A DNA stretch of 64,000 nt from an uncultured Hymenobacter sp. (GCA_913778455.1 CAJYVK010000135.1:10087-74086); one strand, 5' to 3'; shown: positions 45,646 to 55,225, numbered from the stretch's first letter. Notes: generated by a model from the letters alone, not told the origin. A program made the numbers and translations.

Positions 45646-46413
45646 ATGAAAGCGCGCTATTACCTGCTTGGCTGCCTGGCCCTGGCCAGCTGCGGTGCCC
45701 CTGATCTCGAAACAGCCGGCCCGGTTGTGGTCAGCTTCGACCAGCCTTTTCCGGCCAACGCGCCCGATTTACCCGGCTTCCTGCCGCGCGACTGGGGCCA
45801 GTACACGACGCCCGGTGATACGAGCAACGTATTCGTCGTGAGTGCACAGGCGTTGGTTGGCCGCAGTATCGGCACCGCGCACGTAGGCGGAGCCTTGCTC
45901 GACTCGCTGGGCCTGCCGCATCGCCGCTGGGGTGGGCTGGCCCCCGACGGCCTGCGCTACCACGTTACGCCGCTGGCCGCCGATTCTTTCCAGCTGCAAG
46001 TGCAGAAGCTGGATACCGTGCTGCGCCTGCAACCCGCGCAGCCGCTGCATCTGCGCCATTATCGGGGCTACTACTACACCAGTACCCCGTCGCGGCGGGA
46101 CTCCACTCAGTGGACGGTACGGCGACTATCGTTTGCCGAGGGCCACATTACGCAGCAGCTATTCAACCCCGACAGCCTGCGCGTGCGGGCGCTCGACCCC
46201 GCCACGGTGCGGCAGCGGTACGCCAAGGGGCAACTGCTCATTACTATCTCGCCGCAGTCGCGCCGCGACGTAGGGCAGGTGAGTAGCTACGCCGGGCTCT
46301 GGCTGGATAAACCGGCCGATTCGGTAACGGCCTCTGCGCAAAACTATCTTAACTGGCTTAACCGGCTAGCATCGCGCTGGCATAAGCCCACCGACCCGAA
46401 CCAGGGAGAGTGA
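45646..46413 (+). CDS. Hypothetical lipoprotein (255 aa)
   Basis: ATG at 45646 gives MKARYYLLGCLALASC. The ORF-track start at 45388 overlaps the previous gene in another frame. Confidence 0.55.
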   Translation: MKARYYLLGCLALASCGAPDLETAGPVVVSFDQPFPANAPDLPGFLPRDWGQYTTPGDTSNVFVVSAQALVGRSIGTAHVGGALLDSLGLPHRRWGGLAPDGLRYHVTPLAADSFQLQVQKLDTVLRLQPAQPLHLRHYRGYYYTSTPSRRDSTQWTVRRLSFAEGHITQQLFNPDSLRVRALDPATVRQRYAKGQLLITISPQSRRDVGQVSSYAGLWLDKPADSVTASAQNYLNWLNRLASRWHKPTDPNQGE

Positions 46414-46420
46414 AGCGCTA

Positions 46421-46840
46421 TTATTTTTTCTGCATTTCGGCCTGAATCTGGGCGCGTTTCACCTGCATTTCGCGGTAGGAGGTAGGGCCGAGAATGGTGC
46501 GCATCTGCTTGTCGGACGAGGCGTTGATGCGGGCGATGGCGGCGTTGAGCTGCGGCGACTGGGCGGGGTACTGCTGGCGGGCGGCGTTGACTTGTTCCAC
46601 GGTGGTATTAAGCACCTGGCGCACCTTGGTGGTTTGGTCGGGCCGCAGGCGCAGCACGGTAGTCATGGCGTCGGCGAGGTCGCGGGCGGCGGAGGGCGGG
46701 GTAGGCGAGTCGGGCGTGCGGACGGTTTCGACCACCACGGGCGGGGTGGTGTCCTTGGGCTGACGGTGAAAAAGGGAGCAGCTGGCGGTAGCCAGCAGCG
46801 TCAGGGCCAGCAGGGGCCGCAGGGCGGAAAAGGAATGCAT
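46421..46840 (-). CDS. Hypothetical lipoprotein (139 aa)
   Basis: Lipobox LLATASC, helical C-terminal part. Confidence 0.55.
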   Translation of the reverse strand: MHSFSALRPLLALTLLATASCSLFHRQPKDTTPPVVVETVRTPDSPTPPSAARDLADAMTTVLRLRPDQTTKVRQVLNTTVEQVNAARQQYPAQSPQLNAAIARINASSDKQMRTILGPTSYREMQVKRAQIQAEMQKK

Positions 46841-46902
46841 AGGGCAGAAAGAAGCCTTCGCGTGAGGCAGAAAACTGCCTTACGCAAAAGGTGCCCCCGT
46901 GG

Positions 46903-47256
46903 TCAGCGCATCGGGGGCGGGGGCGACTGACGCAGCGCCTGCCGCCGTATTTTGCCGGAGCGGCGTCGCAGCTTTTGCTGCTCGTAAGGATGAGGCAGCA
47001 GGCTATCGACCCGGGCGTCGCTCAACGCTTTGCTGCGGCGCACCGCCTTCCGACGTGCCGAGCCGTGCAGCTGCTGCCGGGCAGCGGCGATGGTCGTTTT
47101 CTCCTGCACCAGAATGCTGTGCAGCCGGGCCCGCCGCTGTTCGCCCATCCGAGCTAAAAACCCACTGACGCCCCCGCCGCAACTGCCGAATACCAGCAGC
47201 GTCACCAGCCCCAGTAGGAGCAATTGCGTAGGATGGAGTCGGGCTAGTGCTTTCAT
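46903..47256 (-). CDS. Hypothetical basic protein with an N-terminal signal/lipobox-like segment (117 aa)
   Basis: MKALARLHPTQLLLLGLVTLLVFGSC. The Arg-rich remainder makes its coding status uncertain. Confidence 0.35.
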   Translation of the reverse strand: MKALARLHPTQLLLLGLVTLLVFGSCGGGVSGFLARMGEQRRARLHSILVQEKTTIAAARQQLHGSARRKAVRRSKALSDARVDSLLPHPYEQQKLRRRSGKIRRQALRQSPPPPMR

Positions 47257-47280
47257 GGCCGGTAAGTTACGGTAGTTGAC

Positions 47281-47863
47281 CTAGTTAGCGGAAGGTGCTT
47301 TGCGAACTTTACGTTTCGGCTCAGGATAGGCTAGAAACTGGCGTGCCTGCGCGGCCGTTTCGACCTCGTCGAGGTCCCGGCGGCGCGGATACTCTTCGTA
47401 GTGCGGGCGTTGACCTTGGTCTGCCGGTTTGTACCCGTAGATGCCCGTGTGGTAGTGGGATGTGTGCGCCTGCCAATTCACTCCGTCAATAACAGTGGGC
47501 GTCACGAACGAGGAATTTACTAGCACCAGTAGCTCCTTCTGCCCGTCGTGGTTGGCATCCAAAAGCACTGGGCCGCCACGCATACTGAATGAGCCGGGGC
47601 TGGTCATCCGGGTTGGCGAATGAGGCTGGGAGTACCCGCTGTAAGAAGTCTTCGACCGACTCGGTGGGCTGCCGTCGCGCAACGCCTCGGCGCAGCGTGC
47701 GGGCCTCGGTAGAATCAGCAGAACTGCCGCTAGTAGGTGGGGGAGGTATAGAGGAGGCGTGTGCTGGGTGAATAGAGTTAGTTGAACCGGAGGCTAAGCA
47801 GGCATAACCAAGAAGTAGGCTCAGTAGTAGCAAGTAGCGAGGATGAGTAGCGGAATACTTCAT
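47281..47863 (-). pseudogene. Frameshifted secreted protein gene (signal peptide part 47486-47863; FG-GAP-like C-terminal part 47281-47682)
   Basis: Two overlapping ORFs in different frames. The N-terminal part ends ...DDQPRLIQY and the C-terminal part resumes ...GGPVLLDANHDGQKELLVLV. The junction lies near 47565-47595. Confidence 0.5.
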
Positions 47864-48266
47864 AAGAGACAGTGAGCGAGCGGAATAGCGAGCAAAAATT
47901 ACCTGGTAGCCCTACCTAAACAGTCAGGTCAAAAATCTACCCAATCTCAAGCATTATTCTCTCAACTTTTTACGCTAAGAAGAAAGGAGAAGGCTGTATT
48001 CAGGCTGATATTAAGTAGTTTCCGCCGTTCTAAAAAGTCAGGTGAAGCAGGGCAAGTGGGTAGCAAGCTGCTCGGCATGTCCAGTCGTCGGAAAATACGT
48101 GCTGCAAGTGCTGGTGCGTGAAAGCGTTGATTGTGTAGTCAATCACCACTTGAGCAATCTCATTCTTTTTAAAGCAAGCACTTGCCACCTAAGCCTTTAA
48201 ATTTGTGCTGTCCCGATAGCTAAGCTACGCCGCTGGTACGAGCGTCTCGTCCTTCTTTTTCCGCCT

Positions 48267-49046
48267 ATGAATCTATTTTCAGTGGTTACCCACCTTGCGC
48301 TCGGCAGCGTGCTGCTCGCTGGTACTGCCTGTCACAAAGACGCCGATGAAGTAGTAGCCTCCGGGACCATCGCCGCCACCATTCTGCCGGCGGGCTACGT
48401 GACGCAAGTAACGGCGACGGCGGCAACGGGCCAGGTGTATTCGGCGATTCCCGATGCCACTACCGGCATCGTGCGCTTGCCCCAGTTACCAGTGGGGACC
48501 TATACCGTCGCGGTAGCCACGAAGCTGGCTTATAAAACGCCTGAGCCGCAACAGGTGCAAGTCAAAGCCGGGCTCACGAGCGCGCTCGCGTATTCGACCC
48601 TCACCCGGGATGCGAAAATACGCGGGACGCTGAGCTGGGTCGAAAATGGGACGCGCTACACGGCGACCAACCTGTACGGGGAAGTTAGCGAAAGCTTGGT
48701 ATCAGTGGACGGGTACGTGCTCGCCAACGGGGTCGGGCACGAGGTGGCCTTCATAGTGCCGGTACGCGGTGCGTTTAGTCATTTGTTTACTGGTGTGGGG
48801 ACGTACCCGCTGGGCCGGCAAGAATACCCGGTCGGCAAATACGTACTTTCTTCGTCGCCCGGGCCTTATATCTGGTACACGCCCTCGCAGGGAATGGGTA
48901 CGGGGAAGGTGCAGGTCACGCAGTACGACCCCGCGGCCTTTACCATCGCCGGCACGTTTGCCTTTACGGCCCAGCCCTTTTCAAATCCCACGGGTGCGCC
49001 CGGCGACGTCACCATCAGCGACGGTAGCTTTAGCCTGACGTACTGA
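48267..49046 (+). CDS. Hypothetical lipoprotein (259 aa), beta-rich
   Basis: Lipobox VLLAGTAC. The N-terminal half looks like a CarboxypepD_reg/Ig-like sandwich (GTYTVAVAT). Confidence 0.6.
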   Translation: MNLFSVVTHLALGSVLLAGTACHKDADEVVASGTIAATILPAGYVTQVTATAATGQVYSAIPDATTGIVRLPQLPVGTYTVAVATKLAYKTPEPQQVQVKAGLTSALAYSTLTRDAKIRGTLSWVENGTRYTATNLYGEVSESLVSVDGYVLANGVGHEVAFIVPVRGAFSHLFTGVGTYPLGRQEYPVGKYVLSSSPGPYIWYTPSQGMGTGKVQVTQYDPAAFTIAGTFAFTAQPFSNPTGAPGDVTISDGSFSLTY

Positions 49047-49094
49047 GCACGGAGGCGGTCAGTCGCTATTCACTGCTAGCAGTGCGAAGATGGC

Positions 49095-51089
49095 TTATTT
49101 CAACCCCTGCGCCGTGTAGTGCGCCAGCGCCATGATGGTAAGCATGGGATTGACGCCGCTGCACGCCGGAAAGGCCGCGCCATCGGCCACGTACAAGCCG
49201 CTTACTTCCACCGTTTCGCCGCTGGGGCGCAGGGGGTGGGTGCGGGCCTGGCCGCCGAGGCGGCAGGTGCTCATCTGGTGCGCGCTGAAGAGGCCGAAGC
49301 GGTTGGGCTGCCAGCGCAGGTGCGGGAGCTGGTCGAGCACTTCGGGATTGTGGGCCGTGCCCTGGTGGGCGCGCAGCACGGGCAGCGTACCGTGGGGCAG
49401 GTATACCGTGTGCGCCCCGGCCGCCACGTGGATTTCGGCGGCAGCCCGCACGCCGGTGAGCAGGTGCTGGCGGTCGAAGGCCGACAACTGGTAGTCGATC
49501 AGCGGGGTGCCCTGGCGGTCGGTGCGTACCCGGCCACCATCGCGATCGCGGGTGAGCACGATAAACGAGCCCAGGTGGTCGGCAGCTTGCAGCAATTCGC
49601 GGTGCTGCGTGCCCCCCAGCCAGGGCAGCACCATCGCCAGTAGGCCGGGGTGGGTGGGCGGCGTTTCGAGCTTCACCCCGAAGTTGGTGCCGCCCAGCCG
49701 CGCAAAGGTGTCGTTGACCACGCTCATGCTGGGGCCGTACCACGAGTGCATGGGCTGCGGGTAATGCGCCCCCACCACCACGGTGGGGTGCAGATGCAGG
49801 TGCCGCCCCAGGTGCGGGTGCCGCAGCCCCGAGCGCAGCAGCAGCGCCGGCGTCTGAATGGCCCCGCCCGCCACCACCACCCGCTCGGCCCGCACCGTGA
49901 TGCGCAGCAGGTGCCCGTCGGCCGTGCGGTGCACGGCCACGGCCCCAGTGGCCCGGCCGGCCGCCGTGGTCACGCGCTCGGCGCGGGTGTCGGGCAGCAG
50001 GCGGGCACCGTGCGCGGCGGCCGTGCGCAGGTAGGTATTCAGGGTGCCTTGCTTGATGCCGTGGGCGTCGCCCAGGGTAGAAAAGCCCAGGCCCTGGAAA
50101 TGAGTGTCGGAATCGCCCAGTCCCTTTTCGTTGCGGGGAATGAGCCGGGTGGCCTGGCCCAGCCGGGCCGAGCCGTCGCGCAGCGCCTGGTTCTGGCCGT
50201 TGTGGCGGGGGTAGTCGGTGTTCACGCTCAAGGCCTGGGCTACGGCGTCGAGGCTGCGCTGAAAATCGGGGCCGGTGAAGTGCGGTGCGTCGTGCTCGCG
50301 AGCCCATTCTTCCAAAATGTAGTCGGGCGTGCGAAAAGCCCCGGCCCAGTTGACGGTGGTACCACCCCCCAGGCAGGCGCCAGCCAGTAGGCTGACGCCG
50401 CCGTCGCGGGTGCTGAGCGCCCCCCGGGCATCGTAGAGGCGACCCATCATATCGACTTCGCGCTGGGTGAAATCGGCCCCGTGGCAGTAAGGGCCGGCTT
50501 CGAGTACCAGCACGTCGTGGCCGGCCTGGGCCAGCTCGCCCGCTACCACCCCGCCGCCCGCCCCCGAGCCGATAACCAGCACCTGGCAGGTGTACTCGGT
50601 GTCGGTGGTAGGGGCCAGCGGCTGCAGGGGCCGCTCGCTGGTGGGCGGCCCCTCAGTGACCAGCGGTAGCGCTGGGCCGGGGTAGCCCAGCACCGCCCAG
50701 GCAGGATTGGGCGAGCCATCGGCCGGGCTGCTGCCATAGTACAGAAACGTGCACAGCTTACGGAGCGCCTGAAAACCTTGCCGCAGCGGCGGCAGCCACG
50801 AGCCCGCCCAGCTTTGCAGCAGCCGCTCGCGCTGCGCGGGCGTGAGCTGGTGAAACGGCAACAGCGGCCCGCCCCAGCTCAGGCCCGTCAGGGGTTTGTG
50901 CAGTAGATCAAGCAATTGCTCAAACTCCGACTGCGTGCTGAGCGGCTGCGCCTGTACGGCGGCGGTGAGCTTGCCCAGGTCGACCAGCGCCGAGCCGGGC
51001 GGGAGGCTGGCCGGGGCCGGGCCAGCCGGAATGAAGGTATCGGCAACGGCACGCAGGGTGGTGGCACGTGCGGGGGTGAGCACAAACAT
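49095..51089 (-). CDS. GMC-family FAD-dependent oxidoreductase with an N-terminal extension (long-chain alcohol oxidase-like)
   Basis: FAD motif VLVIGSGAGGGVVAGELAQAGHDVLVLEAG, C-terminal GMC_oxred_C with HQMSTCRLG and LYVADGAAFP. Confidence 0.9.
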   Translation of the reverse strand: MFVLTPARATTLRAVADTFIPAGPAPASLPPGSALVDLGKLTAAVQAQPLSTQSEFEQLLDLLHKPLTGLSWGGPLLPFHQLTPAQRERLLQSWAGSWLPPLRQGFQALRKLCTFLYYGSSPADGSPNPAWAVLGYPGPALPLVTEGPPTSERPLQPLAPTTDTEYTCQVLVIGSGAGGGVVAGELAQAGHDVLVLEAGPYCHGADFTQREVDMMGRLYDARGALSTRDGGVSLLAGACLGGGTTVNWAGAFRTPDYILEEWAREHDAPHFTGPDFQRSLDAVAQALSVNTDYPRHNGQNQALRDGSARLGQATRLIPRNEKGLGDSDTHFQGLGFSTLGDAHGIKQGTLNTYLRTAAAHGARLLPDTRAERVTTAAGRATGAVAVHRTADGHLLRITVRAERVVVAGGAIQTPALLLRSGLRHPHLGRHLHLHPTVVVGAHYPQPMHSWYGPSMSVVNDTFARLGGTNFGVKLETPPTHPGLLAMVLPWLGGTQHRELLQAADHLGSFIVLTRDRDGGRVRTDRQGTPLIDYQLSAFDRQHLLTGVRAAAEIHVAAGAHTVYLPHGTLPVLRAHQGTAHNPEVLDQLPHLRWQPNRFGLFSAHQMSTCRLGGQARTHPLRPSGETVEVSGLYVADGAAFPACSGVNPMLTIMALAHYTAQGLK

Positions 51090-51131
51090 GGAGTAACAGG
51101 CAGGGCGGCGAAACGCTGGAAAAGATACCAG

Positions 51132-51173
51132 CTTTTTCCTGAATACTCGGCATGCCGAGTATTCCGGAAAAAG
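51132..51173. promoter_or_regulatory. 42-nt near-perfect palindrome in a divergent promoter region (candidate operator)
   Basis: CTTTTTCCTGAATACTCGGCAT|ATGCCGAGTATTCCGGAAAAAG: 22-nt arms, one mismatch, no spacer. It lies between the GMC oxidoreductase start (51089) and the thioesterase start (51205). Confidence 0.4.
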
Positions 51174-51204
51174 CAGCCGGGTGGCCGCAGTCTACCTTTG
51201 CGGC

Positions 51205-51729
51205 ATGGCTACCCTCGTCCGCACCCCCGAAACCCAGCATCGTATTCATTTTCAAGACTGCGATATGCTGGGTCACCTCAACAATGCCCGCTACCTCGAC
51301 TACTTTCTCAACGCCCGTGAAGACCAGGTAGCCGAGCACTACGCGCTCAACATGGGCCAGCTGGCCCGCGAGCAGCAGGCCGCCTGGGTAATTACCAAGC
51401 ACCACCTCAGCTACCTCAGGCCCGCCCGGCAGGGGGCGATGGTGCGCATCAGCACCCAGCTTATTCATTTCGATAATTCTAACCTGGTAGTGGAGATGCA
51501 GATGCGCTCCGACGACGGCCAGCGCCTGCTGGCCTTGCTGTGGTCGGAAATGGCCTTCGTGAAGCTGCCCGCCGGTACCCGCACCGACCACGCCGATGCC
51601 CTCATGGACCTGCTCGACGAGCTCGACGTGCCCGGTATCGATTACGACCCCGATGGCTTCGACCACCGCGTCAAGGACGTGCGCCAGGAATTGAAAAAGC
51701 TGCGCCGCGCCGCTGGCCAGCCCGATTAA
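51205..51729 (+). CDS. Acyl-CoA thioesterase, 4HBT/YbgC-like hotdog fold
   Basis: ATG at 51205. The motif RIHFQDCDMLGHLNNARYLDYF is typical of 4HBT thioesterases. Confidence 0.85.
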   Translation: MATLVRTPETQHRIHFQDCDMLGHLNNARYLDYFLNAREDQVAEHYALNMGQLAREQQAAWVITKHHLSYLRPARQGAMVRISTQLIHFDNSNLVVEMQMRSDDGQRLLALLWSEMAFVKLPAGTRTDHADALMDLLDELDVPGIDYDPDGFDHRVKDVRQELKKLRRAAGQPD

Positions 51730-51843
51730 AGTCCGCCCGCACGCGGCTCGTCCGTAGCAACCTACGCTGTCGGGCGGGCGTATGAAAAGGTAAGCGAGGC
51801 GGCAATTGCCCGCCGGATTCCCTTCTTCTTTTCCACACGCACC

Positions 51844-52407
51844 ATGTCACTTTTCAGCAGCGATAAGCTTAAAGGCAAGCGCATTGCCATTCTGGCCACC
51901 GACGGCTTCGAGCAAGTAGAGCTCACCAAGCCCCAGCAATTTCTTAAGAACGAAGGCGCGACGGTCGACGTTATTTCCCTCAAATCGGGTTCCATCAAGG
52001 GTTGGGACATGACCGACTGGGGCGACAAAGTAGATGTCGATAAAACCCTGGACGAGGCCAAGGTAGCCGATTACGACGCCCTGGTGCTGCCCGGCGGCCA
52101 AATCAACCCCGATAAGCTGCGCGTTGAGACCGCAGCCGTGGACTTCGTGCGCGAGTTTGCGCAATCTGGCAAACTGGTCGCCTCTATCTGCCACGGCCCC
52201 TGGACACTCATCGAAGCCGACGTAGTGCGCGGTAAACACATGACGAGCTGGCCGAGCGTAAAGACCGACCTGCGCAACGCCGGTGCCGAGTGGCAGGATT
52301 CGGAAGTGGTGGTAGACGGCAACTTCGTCACCAGCCGCAAGCCCGATGACCTCGACGCGTTCAACAAGAAAATTGAAGAGCAGCTGCTGGCCGGGCACAC
52401 CGCTTAG
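51844..52407 (+). CDS. DJ-1/PfpI-family protein (type 1 glutamine amidotransferase-like)
   Basis: Nucleophile elbow ICHGPW, 187 aa, similar to general stress protein 18 / PfpI. Confidence 0.93.
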   Translation: MSLFSSDKLKGKRIAILATDGFEQVELTKPQQFLKNEGATVDVISLKSGSIKGWDMTDWGDKVDVDKTLDEAKVADYDALVLPGGQINPDKLRVETAAVDFVREFAQSGKLVASICHGPWTLIEADVVRGKHMTSWPSVKTDLRNAGAEWQDSEVVVDGNFVTSRKPDDLDAFNKKIEEQLLAGHTA

Positions 52408-52425
52408 CCCTAACTCCGAGTTCAC

Positions 52426-52463
52426 AAAAAAGGCTTTCCGCTACGGAGCGGAAAGCCTTTTTT
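52426..52463. terminator. Bidirectional intrinsic terminator
   Basis: AAAAAGGCTTTCCGC-tacg-GAGCGGAAAGCCTTTTTT. Confidence 0.85.
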
Positions 52464-52481
52464 GTGCCTGGTGCGAGCGGA

Positions 52482-52973
52482 TTACTGTCGCAGTAGCCAC
52501 CACATTACTACGTCGAATACAAGCAAAAATGCTCCTTGCATCCGCACCGAGCGGCCGTAGCCCAGCAGTCGCGCGGGCTGCCGGGTGGCGGGGGAGGCGG
52601 CGCGATGCAGCAGCCACATGGCCACTAGGAGGATGCCTACGTCGATAATCGCACTGAAAAGAAATAGCTGCCCAGTGAAATGCTCATCGGCCCCAGCAGT
52701 GAGAGCGGTGAAGCCCGCTGGTGGCCGGCCGGGGTGCGTGCGCAGGATGCCTACTGCCGCCAGCACGGCGTTGACGAAGCCCCAGGCGCAGTTCATCAGG
52801 TGAAAGTGAAACTCCCAGAGGCGGCGGTCGGAGCGGGGTAGGTAGTAGCCGCTCACGCAGAGGTTGAGCAACGCCCAGATACCCAGCATACTCAGGCCGC
52901 GCCCCAGCAGGAGCTCGTGGTGCTGGTAGGCAGCCAGCCAGGCTGGCCCGGCCGGTAGTACGGAAAGCAGCAT
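52482..52973 (-). CDS. Hypothetical integral membrane protein (163 aa, 4-5 TM helices)
   Basis: ATG start and a hydrophobic helix pattern. No family recognised. Confidence 0.5.
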   Translation of the reverse strand: MLLSVLPAGPAWLAAYQHHELLLGRGLSMLGIWALLNLCVSGYYLPRSDRRLWEFHFHLMNCAWGFVNAVLAAVGILRTHPGRPPAGFTALTAGADEHFTGQLFLFSAIIDVGILLVAMWLLHRAASPATRQPARLLGYGRSVRMQGAFLLVFDVVMWWLLRQ

Positions 52974-52990
52974 AGCCCCAAGATAAGCGG

Positions 52991-53674
52991 CTAGTGAGCG
53001 ATGCCGATACCCAGGTACACTTGCAGCACCGAGTTACGGATGTTGCTGTCCGTCACGAGCGCGCTCACCGGCTGGCCGTTGTACGTCAGCTGCGCCTCGT
53101 TCTTATACAGGTTGGCAAAGCTGAGGTCGTAGCGCACGCCCAGGCGGGCCGGCCCCAGCCGCGCTTCGGCCCCGGCCACCCCGCCAAAGTCGAAGCGGTG
53201 GTAGCCGCTCTGGCTCACGTTGAGGTCGGCGTCGCCGTTGCGGCCCCCGGTGAGCACCGATACCTGCGGGCCCAGATGGAGGCTCAGCGTCTCGGTGAGG
53301 TTGCCCACAAACAGCACGGGCAGCTCCAGGTAGTCGAGGCGGTTTTGCTGAGTGGTGTTGGTGGCCGAGTTGGTGCTTTCGAAGCCTTTGCGCGAATACA
53401 GCAGCTCGACTTGCAGCGAGGCAAAATGCGTGAAGCCGTATTGGCCGTACACCCCGGCGTGGAAGGTCTTGAGCTGGTCGCGGCTGGTGAAAATGCTGGT
53501 GCCGCTGCCTTTCAAGTCGCTGTAGCTGAGGCCACCCTTGATGCCAAAGCCCGTGTTGCGCGAGGTGGTGCTCTGGCCTTCCGAATAATCGCTGGCGGCG
53601 GGATTGCCGCGCACTTGCGCGTGGGCCGCCCCACCGGCCACGAGCGAAGCAAGAAGGATAAGTACGTGTTTCAT
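52991..53674 (-). CDS. Outer-membrane beta-barrel protein (porin family, OMP_b-brl_2-like)
   Basis: Signal peptide MKHVLILLASLVAGGAAHAQ and alternating strand pattern. Confidence 0.8.
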   Translation of the reverse strand: MKHVLILLASLVAGGAAHAQVRGNPAASDYSEGQSTTSRNTGFGIKGGLSYSDLKGSGTSIFTSRDQLKTFHAGVYGQYGFTHFASLQVELLYSRKGFESTNSATNTTQQNRLDYLELPVLFVGNLTETLSLHLGPQVSVLTGGRNGDADLNVSQSGYHRFDFGGVAGAEARLGPARLGVRYDLSFANLYKNEAQLTYNGQPVSALVTDSNIRNSVLQVYLGIGIAH

Positions 53675-53778
53675 ACCCTCCCCAACGCCCGACCCGCCCG
53701 AAAGTTATCAGAAAAGCGGCGGCAATCGATTCGCCGCCGTACTTTTGCGCCACGCCCGCCCGCCGGGCCACCCAGGCC

Positions 53779-53852
<74 letters not shown>

Positions 53853-53854
53853 CG

Positions 53855-53890
53855 AAAAAGACCCTTTCTGAAGTAGAGAGGGTCTTTTTT
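53855..53890 (+). terminator. Intrinsic terminator after the tRNA
   Basis: AAAAAGACCCTTTCT-gaagt-AGAGAGGGTCTTTTTT. Confidence 0.8.
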
Positions 53891-53965
53891 GCTTACTGGG
53901 GTACAGTATGGGGTACAGGTGCTGCTGTACGCTTCCCCGTTCGATAAGCCAGTGGTAGGCAGAGG

Positions 53966-54780
53966 TTAAGCGGCTTGTTTAACTTCGAGAGGAGTCATAA
54001 AATTCAAGGCTTGGTGGGGCCGTTATGTATTGTAGCCACTCATCTACCAGCTGGCGCACGTGGGCCAGCGAGCGAAACAGGTGGGCGTCGAGCAGTTCAC
54101 GGCGAAACGAGCTGTTGAAGCGTGCAAGGTAGGTATTCTGCGTCGGCTTACCGGGCTGAATCCAGTGTAAGGTAATGCCTTGCTGCTCAATCCACTTACT
54201 CAATTTGGCGCTGATACATTCAGGGCCGTTGTCAGTGCGTAGCTGCGCGGGGCGGCCATAGCCCTCGACTCAGCGCGTGAGCACCTGCACGACGCGACTG
54301 GCCGGCAAAGAGAAGTCGATTTCCACGCCCAGTAGCTCGCGGTTGTAATCGGCAAGCACGTTGAGCGTGCGCAACCGGCGGCCATCGGTCAATACGTCGC
54401 TCGTAAAGTCGAGTGACCAGCACCCAGTGGCGGCCGCAGGCACGGCTAAGGGCTGCTTCACGCGGGCTGGGACGCGCTTTTTCAGGCGCCGAGGCAGGTG
54501 TAGCGCCAGTGCCCGATAGATACGTAACGTGCGTTTATGGTTGAGGACCAATCCGTTTTTGCGCAAGCGGTGGTGCAGCTTCCAGAAGCCCCAGCCCGGA
54601 TGCCGCCCACTCAACGCCCGCAGGGCCTGCTGCACGGGCTCATCGTTTCGCCCCTGCGCAGCAGGATGGTAGCTGCCACGTGCGAGTCCTACCAGCGCAC
54701 ACGCCCGGCGCTGGCTCCAGCCCTTGCTGACTAAGCCCTGCCCTGCCTGGCGTCGCGCCGCAGAGCTGCTTACTTTTTTC
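53966..54780 (-). pseudogene. IS3-family transposase OrfB (integrase core), inactivated
   Basis: The -1 frame from AAAAAAG (54774-54780) reads ...GWGFWKLHHRLRKNGLVLNHKRTLRIY...DFTSDV...VLTR. It then hits an in-frame TGA (54270-54272) and continues VEGYGRPAQLRTDNGPECIS...HWIQPGKPTQN. A frameshift near 54020 and a TAA within YNT*RPHQALNFMTP follow. Confidence 0.75.
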
Positions 54781-55033
54781 GCAGGATCTCCTTGATAGCC
54801 TGATTCTCTAAGCTTAAGTCAGCGAACAGCTGCTTGAGCTTGCGGTTCTCCTCTTCCAGGTACCTGAGCCGCGTGAGCTCGGCCACGCTGGCCCCGGCAT
54901 ACTTGCTTTTCCAGGCGTAGCATGTCGCTTCGCTCAAGCCGTGCTCGCGCACAAGCTGGGCCACCGTCTGCCCGCTGGCTTGCTGTTGGAGAATGGCCAC
55001 CATCTGGGCCTCGCTGAATCGTCCTTTTTTCAT
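54770..55033 (-). CDS. IS3-family transposase OrfA (HTH_Tnp_1)
   Basis: MKKGRFSEAQMVAILQQQASGQTVAQLVREHGLSEATCYAWKSKYAG...LEEENRKLKQL. This is the canonical IS3 OrfA with a leucine zipper. Confidence 0.85.
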   Translation of the reverse strand: MKKGRFSEAQMVAILQQQASGQTVAQLVREHGLSEATCYAWKSKYAGASVAELTRLRYLEEENRKLKQLFADLSLENQAIKEILRKK

Positions 55034-55091
55034 GTTGCAGTCGGCAGGTAGGGAAAGTTACTTCTTTCTCTACGCACAACTGGACCGCGCT

Positions 55092-55225
55092 TTAGGGAAG
55101 CGCACAGGTTGCCGCAAGATTTACGAAGGCCAAAAAATGTACATCGAGCTTGTCGTAACGCGTGGCCACCCGGCGAACCTGCTTGAGGCGGCTGAAAAGG
55201 CATTCGACAGACTAACACTTACTAG
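55092..55225 (-). mobile_element. Remnant of a second IS5-family element (last ~38 codons of the transposase plus an IR-like end)
   Basis: The minus strand translates to VECLFSRLKQVRRVATRYDKLDVHFLAFVNLAAT, compared with VERLFCRLKQFRRVATRYDKLDRHFLAFIHLAAT in the intact copy. CTAGTAAGTGTTAGTCTGTC at 55206-55225 (reverse complement) resembles the IS terminal repeat. Confidence 0.65.

Larger units (their letters stand above)
53926..55078 (-). mobile_element. Decayed IS3-family insertion sequence (ends approximate)
   Basis: OrfA, an A AAA AAG slippery site and an rve-type OrfB in the -1 frame. TGTACG / CGCACA are possible TG..CA-type termini. OrfB carries several lesions. Confidence 0.75.

Noticed and set aside
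53897-53920. GGGGTACAG direct repeat after the tRNA terminator as a possible att site
   Set aside because: It does not match the 3' end of tRNA-Val, and no second copy of the tRNA 3' end was found elsewhere in the window. This is too short and unsupported.
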